Positions 9,740 to 20,271 of a stretch of DNA of 64,000 bases are shown here, in pieces. The notes under the pieces are model-generated. The model did not search any database. It saw only the letters and a program-made list of their open reading frames with translations, and was not told the DNA's origin. Origin of the DNA: an uncultured Verrucomicrobiae bacterium. GTDB lineage: Bacteria; Verrucomicrobiota; Verrucomicrobiia; Opitutales; JABDGR01. The position numbers and the translations under genes were made by a program. The DNA lies in assembly GCA_963765205.1 (NCBI GenBank), contig CAVXVB010000009.1, forward strand, positions 992,001-1,056,000, in the 5' to 3' direction. Position 1 is the stretch's first letter. Each line of letters opens with the position of its first letter.

Positions 9740-10789
9740 TTATGGTGTGTGTGGACTGAAGACATCTATTTTGTCATGGCCGGCGTCGTTGGGTGGGGCC
9801 TCTTGGTCATCGAGCCAGGAACGCAGATATTTGACCGTGGATTGCACTGCTGCATCTGAGGAATTTGCCTCTGCATCGAGCACCTTTTTCAATCCCTCTT
9901 TCTCCGTGACGCTGAGGCTGGCGTGCAACCCGGTGTGGGCTTCTTTGGACAAGGCACTCAGTGCATCCTGGCGGATGTCCGGTGGCTCGGTCTCGGCCAG
10001 CATCACCAGACACCGGATGTAAAATTGTCTCACATTCTGCATCGAATTCCAGGGAACAGTGTGTGCGTCCAGCCAGTGGATGACATCGTGCGCATGATAT
10101 TCTGCGGTTAGATGGTCAGGATGGGTTGCATATGCTTGGACAAAGCGCAGGGCGTCTTCAGGCGCCGTCTGACTGGCTTTTAGCATGACGAGGTCGAGGG
10201 CAAAGGGATATGCAGGAGACACAAATATGTGGGGATCACTGGCCGCCATGGCATCGGCCAACATTTTGACCACTTCAGGCGTGGATTTATTGTCATAGAT
10301 TTGTATTACGGCCTTAAATGCGCGCGCATTGCTTTCGTTTGGATCAACAAGTTCCGCCCAACTGGCCGCCTCCACCTCATGAACGCTGAGGATAAGCGGG
10401 GCGCGGAAATTGACCGCATTGGGCACAACCACACAAATCAGCTTGGCATGAAGTGCGCCATCCAGGATGGGCCAGACCGGCGGAAAAGAACCCGAATAAA
10501 AATAATAAAACGGCAATACCATGTTCTTACGGCTCGCCCCCCGCAAAACTTCGTCAACCGTCAGATAAACGATTCCAGGCTTTATATTCACCGAGGTGCC
10601 TTCCATCGCGGTATCAAAGTCAATCCGATCAATCGTGCAGATATAAACGGACGCCCCCAATTTCATTGCTTCAGCCAAAGACAGATTCTCGGCATTTATC
10701 GGACTCTGGGGCGGGCTTGGCATGGACTCGCAGGCGTAAAACGAGACCAGAACACAAAGACTCAAAAAAATGAGCGCCAAAGCCTTCAT
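9740..10789 (-). CDS. Hypothetical lipoprotein/exported protein with helical (HEAT-like) C-terminus
   Basis: Signal peptide ending FYAC; 349-aa ORF with lower GC than its neighbours. Confidence 0.6.
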   Translation of the reverse strand: MKALALIFLSLCVLVSFYACESMPSPPQSPINAENLSLAEAMKLGASVYICTIDRIDFDTAMEGTSVNIKPGIVYLTVDEVLRGASRKNMVLPFYYFYSGSFPPVWPILDGALHAKLICVVVPNAVNFRAPLILSVHEVEAASWAELVDPNESNARAFKAVIQIYDNKSTPEVVKMLADAMAASDPHIFVSPAYPFALDLVMLKASQTAPEDALRFVQAYATHPDHLTAEYHAHDVIHWLDAHTVPWNSMQNVRQFYIRCLVMLAETEPPDIRQDALSALSKEAHTGLHASLSVTEKEGLKKVLDAEANSSDAAVQSTVKYLRSWLDDQEAPPNDAGHDKIDVFSPHTP

Positions 10790-10858
10790 TAAACAAATAT
10801 AACCAAAACGATTTACGCGGCAAATCGGTTCTCTTCAATCCACATTTTCGGTGGTCGG

Positions 10859-12761
10859 TCACGCAATTTTCGCGGCGGAGATGGCGGCGGCGAGGGGGAC
10901 TTTGGCGACGAAGGAGGCGCCGTGGGGTTCGTGGCTTTGGTAGGTGAGGTCGCCTTCCTGGTCGCGCAGGAGGCGGCGGGCGATGCTCAGGCCGAGGCCG
11001 GCGCCGGGCTGGCTGGCGGTGATGGAATCGTCCACGCGGTGGAAGGTTTCGAAGATGCGTTCGCGGTGATCGAGGGGGACGCCGGGGCCGCGGTCGCTGA
11101 CGGCGACGTAGGCGAAATCGGCATCGGTTGTGACGTGGATGCCGATCCAGCGGCCGCTGGCGGCGTATTTGAGGGCGTTGTCAATGAGGTTGAGCAGCAC
11201 TTGCTCAAGGGCGTCGCGGTCGGCGTGGACGCGGACTGGCGGGCTGGCGGGATAACTGCAACCGAGGGTGAAGCCGGCTTCGTCGAGGCGCGGTTTTTGG
11301 GCGTTGATGACGGCGTCAATGATGGGGGTCAGGGCAACGTCGGCGGGATGGTATTGTTTGCGGCCCTGTTCGAGGCGGCTGAAATCGAGGACGTTGTTGA
11401 CCAGGCGGGTGAGGCGCTGGCTCTCGGCAATGATGGTGGCGAGATAGTTGTTCTGCTTGAGCTGGTCGCGCACACGGCCTTCGCCGAGCAGCTCGGCATA
11501 CATGCGAATGGTGGTGAGGGGGGTTTTGAGCTCGTGCGAGACATTGGAAACGAAGCTCGTTTTGCGCGCGGCTTCGGAGGCTTCGCGCCGGGCCTCGCGC
11601 ATGAGGAGGGTACCGCCGATGAGGACGGCCACGACCAGAATGGTGACCATGATGGTGCTGACCGCCGTGAAGCCACTGGTAAAATTGGCGGTGGGGTTGA
11701 AGAAAACCTTTAATTGCCAGCCGGGCATGCCCGCCGCCGCGAGCGGGAGCGTCTCCAAGCCATGAAACGCCGGATGCGTGGCGGGGTCTTCGCCGGCCGA
11801 GGCCACGACCTCGTGCTGCGGATTGTAGAGCACAAAGGCGTCGGCGGGATCCTCGACTTTCTCGGGAAAGCTGTCTTTCATGAATTTGGCCAGTTCCGTC
11901 CAACTCAACACCACGCCGCGCACCGGGCCGCCGGCGACGGTGCGCATCCAGCCAAACCAGAGCTTGTCGTTGTCATTGGCGCCGATCAAGTTCCAGCCCC
12001 AGGCCGGCTTGTTCGGCGAACTGGCCTGGGTCATCACATAAAAGTGCTGGTTGGCCGGGTTAAAAACCAGCTGGGCCTGGTCCATCGTCATGCCGCTGTT
12101 TTGCACCACAGTGCCTTCAATCGGCGTGAGCATGATATTCGCGGAGGAGCCATTGATCAGCAGCGACGGCGAGGTGGGCAGATTGCGGTCATCCAGCGGT
12201 GGGCTCGCGGGAGAACCGAGTTCCGCATTACCACCGTCGGCGAAAGCGGCGGGATTGCCGGCGCGGGAGATTGCCGGGAGGGTGACGGAGACGGCGGCGC
12301 CATTGCCTTTCGATAAATTCAAGGTGATCGTCACCTGATTTTGCGCAGGCTGGTCGGCATCGCCCCAGATCCAGCTGCCGCCACGGTGCAACCAGGGATC
12401 CAGCTCGGCGCGGTCGGAACGCGGCTGCGGCAGGACCAGTCCGTTGCCCGGTTGAAACAGCACGACGTTGCGCGCGATGGGATGGTTAATTCGCCAGTTT
12501 CGGCAAGGTCGTGAGCAAGGTCGGATCATTCAGGCCCACTTCCGGCACCGTGGCGAGCGACTGCATCGTCTCGATCTTCTCGTTCTCCAGCATAGTCGAG
12601 AGTTTGGAGACGATGTTTTGGCCCGTGTGCATGGCCTGTTGGGAGGCGATGCCGCGCAAGCGAACACTCTCGCGCTGCAGCAGGTAGAACGCCATGCCGC
12701 CGATGGCCAGGGTGGAGACCAGCAGAAGCAGCCAGTAAAGAAAAACGAGGTGGCGTTTCAC
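10859..12761 (-). CDS. Membrane sensor histidine kinase; apparent frameshift near 12495
   Basis: HisKA FVSNVSHELKTPL, N-box QVLLNLIDNALKY, DRGPG, GAGLGL; N-terminal TM is in ORF 12486..12761 in another frame. Confidence 0.88.
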
Positions 12762-12920
12762 AGCGGCGGACAGGGGCAGAATTACCCAAGCTTATTCTCG
12801 GAGATTGGGCCGATTCAGGCAAGCCCGCTGGGGGGCCGGCTTGTCAAAAGAATGTCATTGGCGCGGGGCGATTTGCCTTGTGCGGGCACCAGGCGCGCGT
12901 TAGCCTTTTGTTGCCCCGCT

Positions 12921-15415
12921 GTGGAAGGCCTCGACATTGCCCTGAAGATTCCCGACCTGTGGCAGCAGGAGGCTTTGCGGTGTCTGCAAACCGGGCAGGA
13001 CGTGGTGGTGCAGGCTCCGACGGGCGCGGGCAAGACATATATCTTCGAGTTGCTCGCGCAAACCGGCGGGCGCCAGCAAGCGGTGTTTACCGTGCCGACT
13101 CGCGCGCTGGCCAACGACAAACTTTACGAATGGCGCGCGTTGGGCTGGAATGTGGGCATCGCCACCGGCGACGTGGCCGACAACCTCGACGCCCCGGTGG
13201 TCGTCGCCACCCTGGAAACGCAAAAGGGCCGTTTCTTGCGCGGCGAAGGCCCGGACCTGCTGGTGGTGGATGAATACCAAATGCTAGGCGACCCGGTGCG
13301 CGGGGTTAATTACGAATTGATACTGGCCCTCGCCGCGCGGAGCACCCAGTTGCTCCTGCTCAGTGGCAGCGTGGGCAACCCGGAAAAAACCGTGCAGTGG
13401 CTGCGCGCCATCGGTCGCGATGCCGTGTTGGTCAGCCACCTGGAGCGCCCGGTGCCACTGGAGGAAATCGAACTTGAGGCTTTGCCCGACCGGGTGCCCG
13501 CCGAGGTGCGCGGGTTCTGGCCGCGCTTGCTGGCGCGCGCGCTACTGGCGGGCTTGGGTCCTGTTCTCGTGTTTGCGCCCCGGCGCCGCGCGGCCGAAGA
13601 GTTGGCGGCCAAACTTGCCGCCGCGCTGCCGCTTGATGATTTTCTAACGCTCACACCGGAGCAAAAGGCGCTGGCTTCCGATCGTCTGGGCAAACTGCTG
13701 CGGCACCGCGTCGCCTACCACCATAGCGGGCTGAATTATTTGCAACGCGCGGGGTTGGTCGAGCCGCTGGCGAAAGCGGGGCAATTGCGCGTGGTCGTGG
13801 CGACGACGGGACTGGCGGCGGGCATTAATTTTTCCATGCGTTCGGTGCTCGTCACCGACCGCGAATACGTCGCGGCGGGCGGCCCGCGCCTGGTGCGGCC
13901 GGATGAATTGTTGCAGATGTTTGGCCGGGCCGGGCGGCGCGGCTTGGACGACAAGGGCTATGTGCTCGTCGCGCCGGGCAAGCCCCGGCTGGGCGAGGCG
14001 CGTCCGCTGCTGCTCAAGCGCGCAAACCCGTTGGATTGGCCGAGTTTTCTGGCATTCATGCAGGAAGCGGTCAAAAAGGGCGAATCACCGGCCCAAGCCG
14101 CGGCGGGTCTGGCTCAACGGCTTTTCACCGAGCATGCGCCGGAATTGGGCCTGGAAAAATTTTTGCAGAAGTCGCGGGCGGATCCACCGCGCAGCGACCC
14201 GCCCGCGCCTGGTCCCTGCGCTCGGCTCCCGACGATGCAACGGCGGCTGGCTCCCCGCAAAAAATTGTCGAGATGCTCAATTCTGCGGGGCAATGGGAAC
14301 GTCGGCGGCCCCCGGTGAAAGTCAAACTTGGCGCGGCGCTGGCCTATGAGGAAGGCGCTTGGATGCCCGCGCTAAAATTCCCGCAGGCGTTGGCGGGCGT
14401 CGAATTGGGGAACTTATGCCGATTAGGCGGCGAAGAGGCGCGTTATGGCCGGCAGGTGCCGCTGGCGGTGTTCCCGAAGGAAAGCGGGCGGGCGAAAATC
14501 ACGCTGGTGAAATGGGTCCACAAAAGCTTGTGCCACCATTGGCGGCAGACGCGCCCGAGTGCGCCGCCACCCTCGCGCCATTGGGAACTGGAGGCGTTTG
14601 AAAAGCAACTGCTGCCACTGCTGCCGATGTTCACCAGCGGTGGGCGACCCGCGGAAATAGTCGAGCACAACGGCTTGATCAGCGCGCGGCTGGACTATTC
14701 GCAGGCGGAGGTGTTTGCGCGGGTGGATTCGCTGGGCCGGCCATTGCTCAACCCGCCACGGCGTGAAGTCGAGCCGGTGACGGGTGACTTTGCCGAGTTG
14801 GCGGGCCTGAAGGCGACGCTGACGGAGGCCAGCGTGGCGGAGACTTGGTTCCGGCTGGGTTTGGTGGACGCGCGCGCGCAGCCCACCCGGCGCGGCATCA
14901 TTTTTAGCTTCTTCAACCACGGCGAGGGCCTCGTGGTCGCCGCCGCGCTGGAAGATGAAAAATACGACGTGGCGGAAATTGCGCGCGACCTGGCGAATTT
15001 GCGCGCAGGCCACCGCTTCGAGGCGGCGGGCCATGCGCGGGGCAAGCTCGGCAGCCTCTGCCGGCTGACTTATCAAGGCATGACGTGCCCCGGCTATCTG
15101 GATCGCGGCGTGCCGGTGGAATACGGCGAAGGCGCGGCAGAAGTCATCTCGCGCGTGCGGGCCAACCCGGCGACGCTACAGCATTTCATCAATGAAATGC
15201 TGCGGCCCGGCGACATCGAGCGGGCGTATCTGGAATGGCGTAGCGTGCTCAATCATGTCATCCACGCGCCGGACTATGAGTGGGGCCGGTGGCGAACGCT
15301 CCAAGAAGCTGCCGCGAAGCAATTGGAGAAACTCGGCCCGCCGACGCGCCTCATCGCGCCGCCACCCTTGACCCACGACCAAAAAATCCGGCATAGTTGC
15401 CGGTTGAAGTTTTAG
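12921..15415 (+). CDS. Ski2/HelY-like DEAD/DEAH-box helicase; apparent frameshift near 14215
   Basis: APTGAGKT, PTRALAND, DEYQ, TTGLAAGIN, QMFGRAGRRG; C-terminal half continues in ORF 14036..15415. Confidence 0.85.
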
Positions 15416-15462
15416 GGGGGGCACCGCGAAGCAGCAAAGAGCGCAAAGAATGAATTTTTTTA

Positions 15463-16048
15463 GGGAACTATATACAAAGTTACCCTAAGCCCCGAAATCG
15501 GGATTTTTAGACCCTACCCTCAAAAAACATGAAGCCTAATCTCAACCAACTCAAAAAACACTTACCCGCTAAATCCATAGACCCCTTTTTCGACTCTATG
15601 ATTTTTTTAGCTTCCTTGGCGCACCGGGGTTCCGATGAGGAATGGAGTTCTCTAAAACGGCTATGGCGTGTAATTCGGTGGAATCAAGCGGAGCGAATCC
15701 AGTCTTAATTGTGAAATATAAATGGTGGCAATGGCTTTTCGGAAGGGGTAAAAAGCTGCTTTCAAAAGCCTTCTATACCTATCTTGAAAACAAAGGGGGC
15801 CAAAGAAAAATCACCGTCAGAAAGAATGACGGGACTGTAGTAAAATTAGAATCTCCTGAACTGAAAGATTTCCCCAAGCTGTTAAAATTCGCCAATGCGA
15901 TTCAAATAAGTAAAATAAAAGATGTGAATGATGGCACTTGCAAGCCACCAGAAAAATAAGTCCATGCCATCTCATTTCAGGCATTTTCAAGGCAATTCAG
16001 GGTATTTCAGCCTTGGCTGGATTTAGGGTAACTTTGTATATAGTTCCC
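15463..16048. mobile_element. Non-autonomous IS1595-like element (MITE/mobile cassette) with passenger ORF
   Basis: Perfect 26-bp TIR GGGAACTATATACAAAGTTACCCTAA (15463-15488 / 16023-16048); 8-bp direct repeat TTTTTTTA at 15455-15462 and 16049-16056; AT-rich interior, no transposase. Confidence 0.85.
15642..15959 (+). CDS. Hypothetical basic protein, passenger of the TIR element
   Basis: 105-aa AT-rich ORF inside the element; a 59-aa ORF from ATG 15529 overlaps it in another frame, so the true start is uncertain. Confidence 0.5.
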   Translation: MEFSKTAMACNSVESSGANPVLIVKYKWWQWLFGRGKKLLSKAFYTYLENKGGQRKITVRKNDGTVVKLESPELKDFPKLLKFANAIQISKIKDVNDGTCKPPEK

Positions 16049-16107
16049 TTTTTTTATTCCGTCAAAAAAAAAACTACTTGGCGCTCTTGGTGGCTTTGTG
16101 GTGAATG

Positions 16108-16629
16108 TTAATCCTCCTCCCGTTTTTCCTTAAAATACGCCTTGAGCAGCGCGTGGCATTCGGAGGCCAGAACGCCCCGGCTCACTTTGAGGCGATGGTT
16201 GAGTTTCGGCAGTTCATGCACCGAGGCCGCGCCGCCGAGGCAGCCCATTTTCTGGTCCGGCACGCCGTAGATGACTTCGCTGAGCCGCGCCATGATGGAG
16301 GCGCCGGCGCACATGGGGCAGGGTTCCTTGGTGACAAAGAGGCGCGCGCCGGTGAGCCGCCAGTCGCCGAGGGCTTTCGCAGCCTGGGTGAGCGCGAGGA
16401 TTTCGGCGTGGGCGGTGGGGTCGCCCGAATTTTCGACGAGATTGTGGGCCTGGGCGATGATTTCACCGCCGATTTCGATGACGGCCCCAATCGGAGTCTC
16501 GTCCACGCGCCAAGCCTCGATGGCCTGGTTGTAGGCAAGTTTCATGAAAAACTCGTCGTCGCGCAGGAGGAGCGAAGGGTGGAGTTTCGCGAAGGGGCAA
16601 ACTCGCGTGGGCAGGCGTTCGGCGCACAT
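16108..16629 (-). CDS. tadA: tRNA adenosine(34) deaminase
   Basis: ETPIGAV, DPTAHAEILAL, WRL, TKEPCPMCAGA, LNH. Confidence 0.9.
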   Translation of the reverse strand: MCAERLPTRVCPFAKLHPSLLLRDDEFFMKLAYNQAIEAWRVDETPIGAVIEIGGEIIAQAHNLVENSGDPTAHAEILALTQAAKALGDWRLTGARLFVTKEPCPMCAGASIMARLSEVIYGVPDQKMGCLGGAASVHELPKLNHRLKVSRGVLASECHALLKAYFKEKREED

Positions 16630-16761
16630 GCCGCCACTGAGGCACGAATGCGCATGAGGGTCAATTTTTTCTCTTCTTCACGGTTGACAAACACCCGTTT
16701 AACCCGCTCTACTCAACCCCTTTTCCGTTGATTTTGCGGTGCAACACCGCTCGCCTTCCGA

Positions 16762-18519
16762 ATGCAAAACTTTGCCGCCCAGTGCCTCGACATGGCCCGC
16801 TCCATCCTGGGCCACAATCTGGACGCCATTAACCCGGACGGTTCCATCACCCCCATCCCGGGCGAAACCGGCCGCACCGACGAGCCGGGCCACGCCGCCC
16901 TCGCCATCGGCGAGTTCTTCCGCGCCACCAGCGAGACCAAGCTCGGCGCCTTCGACCTGGTGGACCTCGCCGCCCGTACAGTCACCGCCCAGGCCTTTGT
17001 CGAGGAGGAGGATGAAAACGGCCTCGCCTACGCCGCCCTCGGCCTGCTTTCCTTCGGCTGCGCAAAGGACCGCAACCCCGTCTGGGAACGTCTCTTCGAG
17101 GAAACGCGCCAGAAGCTCGACCGTCGCCTGCTCGCGCGCACCGACTACGACAACCACCTCCAGGCCTTCAACATCGCCAAGTCCGTCGCCCGCTTCAGCC
17201 TCGGCCTTTCGAAAAAGGACGAGACCGCGAAGCTCATCGAGCGTTTCCTGGAGCGCATCAAGGAAAACAGCTCCGGCGGCTATTTCGACGACCATCCGAC
17301 CGGCTTTGGCGGCTGTTACGACGTTTACGGCGTGCTCTGCTTCATCTTCATCCGCTCGTCCCTCCAACTGCACGCGAACATCCACCTGCGCGAACGCAAG
17401 CTCCCCAGCCTGCGCACCCACGCCGAAAAATACCTCCGCCTGCTCCCCGACCTGGTGCGCCAGGATGGCCTGGGGTGGAACTACGGCCGCGGGATCGGCG
17501 CCTACGGCCAGATGCACTGCATCAGCCTCATCCTCCAGGCCATGCGCGACGGCTGGATCACCGAGGAACAAAAGCCCCAGTATTTCGACATCCTGCGGCG
17601 CCTCTTCCATTTCTTCTTCGCCACCTACCTGGATCAGGAGCACGGCTACCTCGTCATCCGCGACGGCGAACGCGCGACCGGCACCAACCACCCCACGCGC
17701 ATGGCGAACTTCGACGCCGCGCGCTATCTGTGCCAGTGGTCGCGGCTGGCCAAGACCATCGGCGGTGAGATGAACCCGAAGTTCATCGGCCAAAAAACCA
17801 CCAGCCGCTGGATCATCTTCGACCAGTCCCACCGCAAGGAGCAGGGCCTCTTCATCTACCAGGATTCCGACAGCGGGCTGCATGTGACCATTCCGCTGCT
17901 CAGCGGCGGCACCGATAAACAGAGCGGCTCGCTCGCCTTCCCCCATTCGCCCGGCGTCTTCGACTGGCCCGTCGGGATGTATCTGCCCATCATGCTGCCC
18001 GAGCTGACGTTCGGCGACAAGGTCGTCATCCCCGCTTATTACGGCAAACGCTGCACCACCGGCCTCGGCCTGCGCAACGCCTTCTTCTTCCGCTACGAGC
18101 AACCCGAATTAATCACCAAGGACGAGCAATTCGCCCCCGGCCTCGGCTCCTGCAAGGTGCAGTGGACATTTTCCGGCAACAAAATCACCAGCGAATTCAT
18201 CTTCACCGTCCGCAACCAGGTCTCGCTGGACAAGCTGCGCTACGTCCTCGCCATCAGCGCGCCGCACTCGCACTACCGCATCGGCACCACCCTCACCCTC
18301 GGCCCCGAAAGCCTCCGCTGCGAAGTCATCAAGGACGACTTCCAGGCCACCTGGGCGCCCGTGGAGACGGTATCACAGAATCCCTCCTACCGCACGTATT
18401 GGGGCTGTCTGCATTACATTCAATTATTACAACGCGACCACCCCCTGATGATGCGCCCCGGCCAGCAATACCGCATCACCCTCCAGTTCCAGCCGCAGAT
18501 CGTCATGGCGGACGAGTAG
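16762..18519 (+). CDS. Hypothetical cytoplasmic protein (585 aa)
   Basis: Long ORF with strongly host-like C-ending codon usage; no recognisable motif or signal peptide. Confidence 0.8.
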   Translation: MQNFAAQCLDMARSILGHNLDAINPDGSITPIPGETGRTDEPGHAALAIGEFFRATSETKLGAFDLVDLAARTVTAQAFVEEEDENGLAYAALGLLSFGCAKDRNPVWERLFEETRQKLDRRLLARTDYDNHLQAFNIAKSVARFSLGLSKKDETAKLIERFLERIKENSSGGYFDDHPTGFGGCYDVYGVLCFIFIRSSLQLHANIHLRERKLPSLRTHAEKYLRLLPDLVRQDGLGWNYGRGIGAYGQMHCISLILQAMRDGWITEEQKPQYFDILRRLFHFFFATYLDQEHGYLVIRDGERATGTNHPTRMANFDAARYLCQWSRLAKTIGGEMNPKFIGQKTTSRWIIFDQSHRKEQGLFIYQDSDSGLHVTIPLLSGGTDKQSGSLAFPHSPGVFDWPVGMYLPIMLPELTFGDKVVIPAYYGKRCTTGLGLRNAFFFRYEQPELITKDEQFAPGLGSCKVQWTFSGNKITSEFIFTVRNQVSLDKLRYVLAISAPHSHYRIGTTLTLGPESLRCEVIKDDFQATWAPVETVSQNPSYRTYWGCLHYIQLLQRDHPLMMRPGQQYRITLQFQPQIVMADE

Positions 18520-18520
18520 A

Positions 18521-19285
18521 TTATGGCCCCCGCACCGGCAGACTGGCCGCGCGCAGATGCTCCTTGACCTGCGCAATGGTGAATGTCCCAAAATGAAACA
18601 GCGAAGCGGCGAGGACGGCGCTGGCGCCGCCATTTTTGACCACCTCCACAAAATGGTCGAGTTGGCCCGCGCCGCCCGAAGCGATGACCGGAACCTCGAC
18701 CGCCTCGCTCACCGCGCGCGTCAGTTCGATGTCGTAGCCGTCTTTGGTGCCATCGCGGTCCATGCTAGTGAGCAGAATTTCCCCCGCCCCGCGCGCGACG
18801 ACCTCCTTCGCCCACGCCACGGCGTCGTGCGCGGTCGGCTTGCGCCCGCCGTGCGTGTGGACGCGCCAGTGGTTCGTGCCCGGCTCGCGCTTGGCGTCAA
18901 TCGCCACCACGATGCACTGGTTGCCAAATTTTTGGCTCGCCCTCAGCACCAGGTCGGGGTCGAGCAGCGCCGCCGTGTTGAGGCTCACCTTGTCCGCCCC
19001 GGCGTTGAGCATCAAGCGGATGTCATCGAGGCTGCGCAGGCCGCCGCCGACCGTGAGCGGCATGAAACATTCGCCGGCCGTGCGCTCGACCACGTCGCGC
19101 ATGATCGCGCGCTCATCGCTCGAGGCCGTGATGTCGAGAAATACCAGTTCATCCGCGCCCTGGTCTTCATACTTCTTCGCCGATTCGACGGGGTCGCCCG
19201 CATCAATTAGATTCAAAAAATTGATGCCCTTGACGACGCGCCCGGCGTTCACGTCCAGGCAGGGAATGACACGGATGGAAAGCAT
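18521..19285 (-). CDS. hisF: Imidazole glycerol phosphate synthase cyclase subunit
   Basis: [53 protein letters not shown]. Confidence 0.97.
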   Translation of the reverse strand: MLSIRVIPCLDVNAGRVVKGINFLNLIDAGDPVESAKKYEDQGADELVFLDITASSDERAIMRDVVERTAGECFMPLTVGGGLRSLDDIRLMLNAGADKVSLNTAALLDPDLVLRASQKFGNQCIVVAIDAKREPGTNHWRVHTHGGRKPTAHDAVAWAKEVVARGAGEILLTSMDRDGTKDGYDIELTRAVSEAVEVPVIASGGAGQLDHFVEVVKNGGASAVLAASLFHFGTFTIAQVKEHLRAASLPVRGP

Positions 19286-19290
19286 TTTTT

Positions 19291-19800
19291 AGTTTCAAGT
19301 TTCGAGTTTCGAGTTTCGGGCTTCAATCTTCATACTCCGAGTTGCTTCAACGGGGCGGAATTTTCGGCCCGCAACTGTGGACTGCTGAAGATAGCGCATA
19401 AAGCCGCCGATTAGCCGTCCGGTGTCAGCGATCAACTCATCAAGGCAGGCGAAGTCCTCCGGCGAAATGTATTTTTGATCCAAGGCCAGGTAAAGATGCG
19501 ATTTGGTTTCCGCCAAGGAGGCCTTGGCGGTGGCCAGAAAATTGATGAATTCGCGGTTGCCCTCGCGATCAAAGCCTTCGGCGATATTGGCCATCCCAGA
19601 GATGGCTGATCGAATGACTTGGTCGCGCAAGGCATAATCCCTGGAAAATTCCCCTTTGCGCGCCACAGCATACACGGCATTGGCTAGTTGGCGCGCCTTG
19701 TGCCAACTCCCAATGTCCTCAAATCGCTGGAGCGTGCTCATGGATAATTATAAATCAGCCTGACAGTTGTCGGCGTTTGCTCAACTCGAAACTCGAAACT
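19291..19800. repeat. Inverted heptamer arrays (AGTTTCG)x4 ... (CGAAACT)x2.5 bracketing the four-helix-bundle gene
   Basis: 19291-19318 agtttca agtttcg agtttcg agtttcg; 19783-19800 aact cgaaact cgaaact. Confidence 0.8.
19295..19741 (-). CDS. Four helix bundle protein (23S rRNA IVP/bAvd-like family)
   Basis: FEDIGSWHKARQL, DYALRDQVIRSAISGMANIAEGFDR, EFINFLATAKASLAETKSHL. Confidence 0.92.
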   Translation of the reverse strand: MSTLQRFEDIGSWHKARQLANAVYAVARKGEFSRDYALRDQVIRSAISGMANIAEGFDREGNREFINFLATAKASLAETKSHLYLALDQKYISPEDFACLDELIADTGRLIGGFMRYLQQSTVAGRKFRPVEATRSMKIEARNSKLET

Positions 19801-20263
19801 AACCCTGCTCAGTCGTGATCTTTTGCGCGCCGCCGCCCAACGCCGCCTCCAGCGCGTGCCAAGAGAGGGTCGCGCATTTGACGCGCGCGGGGAATTTACG
19901 CACGCCTTTGAGCGCAATCGCGTCGCCGACCCGCTCCTGCACCGCGATCGGCGGTTCGTTGTCGCCTAGCAGCAGCGCTTTAATGTCCGCGATTTCCGCG
20001 CGGGCCTCCGGCAAGGTTTTCCCCTTCACGCGCACGGTCATCAGCGAAGCCGCCGCCTGCGAAATCGCACAGCCCTGGCCGATGAATTTTACGTCCGCGA
20101 TTTTGTCGCCGACCAATTTCACAAACACAGACAATTCATCGCCACAGAGCGGGTTGAAGCCCTCGCCCACCCCCGACGGCACCTCCATCCGCCCGCGGTT
20201 GCGCGGGCGGCGATGGTGGTCCAGGATGATGTCCTGGTAAAGATCGTCGAGTTCGTCGGACAT
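19799..20263 (-). CDS. sufU: SUF system NifU-family Fe-S assembly protein
   Basis: LYQDIILDH, NPLCGD, GQGCAISQA, FPARVKCATL; adjacent to sufS. Confidence 0.93.
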   Translation of the reverse strand: MSDELDDLYQDIILDHHRRPRNRGRMEVPSGVGEGFNPLCGDELSVFVKLVGDKIADVKFIGQGCAISQAAASLMTVRVKGKTLPEARAEIADIKALLLGDNEPPIAVQERVGDAIALKGVRKFPARVKCATLSWHALEAALGGGAQKITTEQG

Positions 20264-20271
20264 GGGAGAAA

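Noticed and set aside
19295..19741. Diversity-generating retroelement, suggested by the bAvd-like fold
   Set aside because: No reverse transcriptase and no template/variable repeat pair seen in the window
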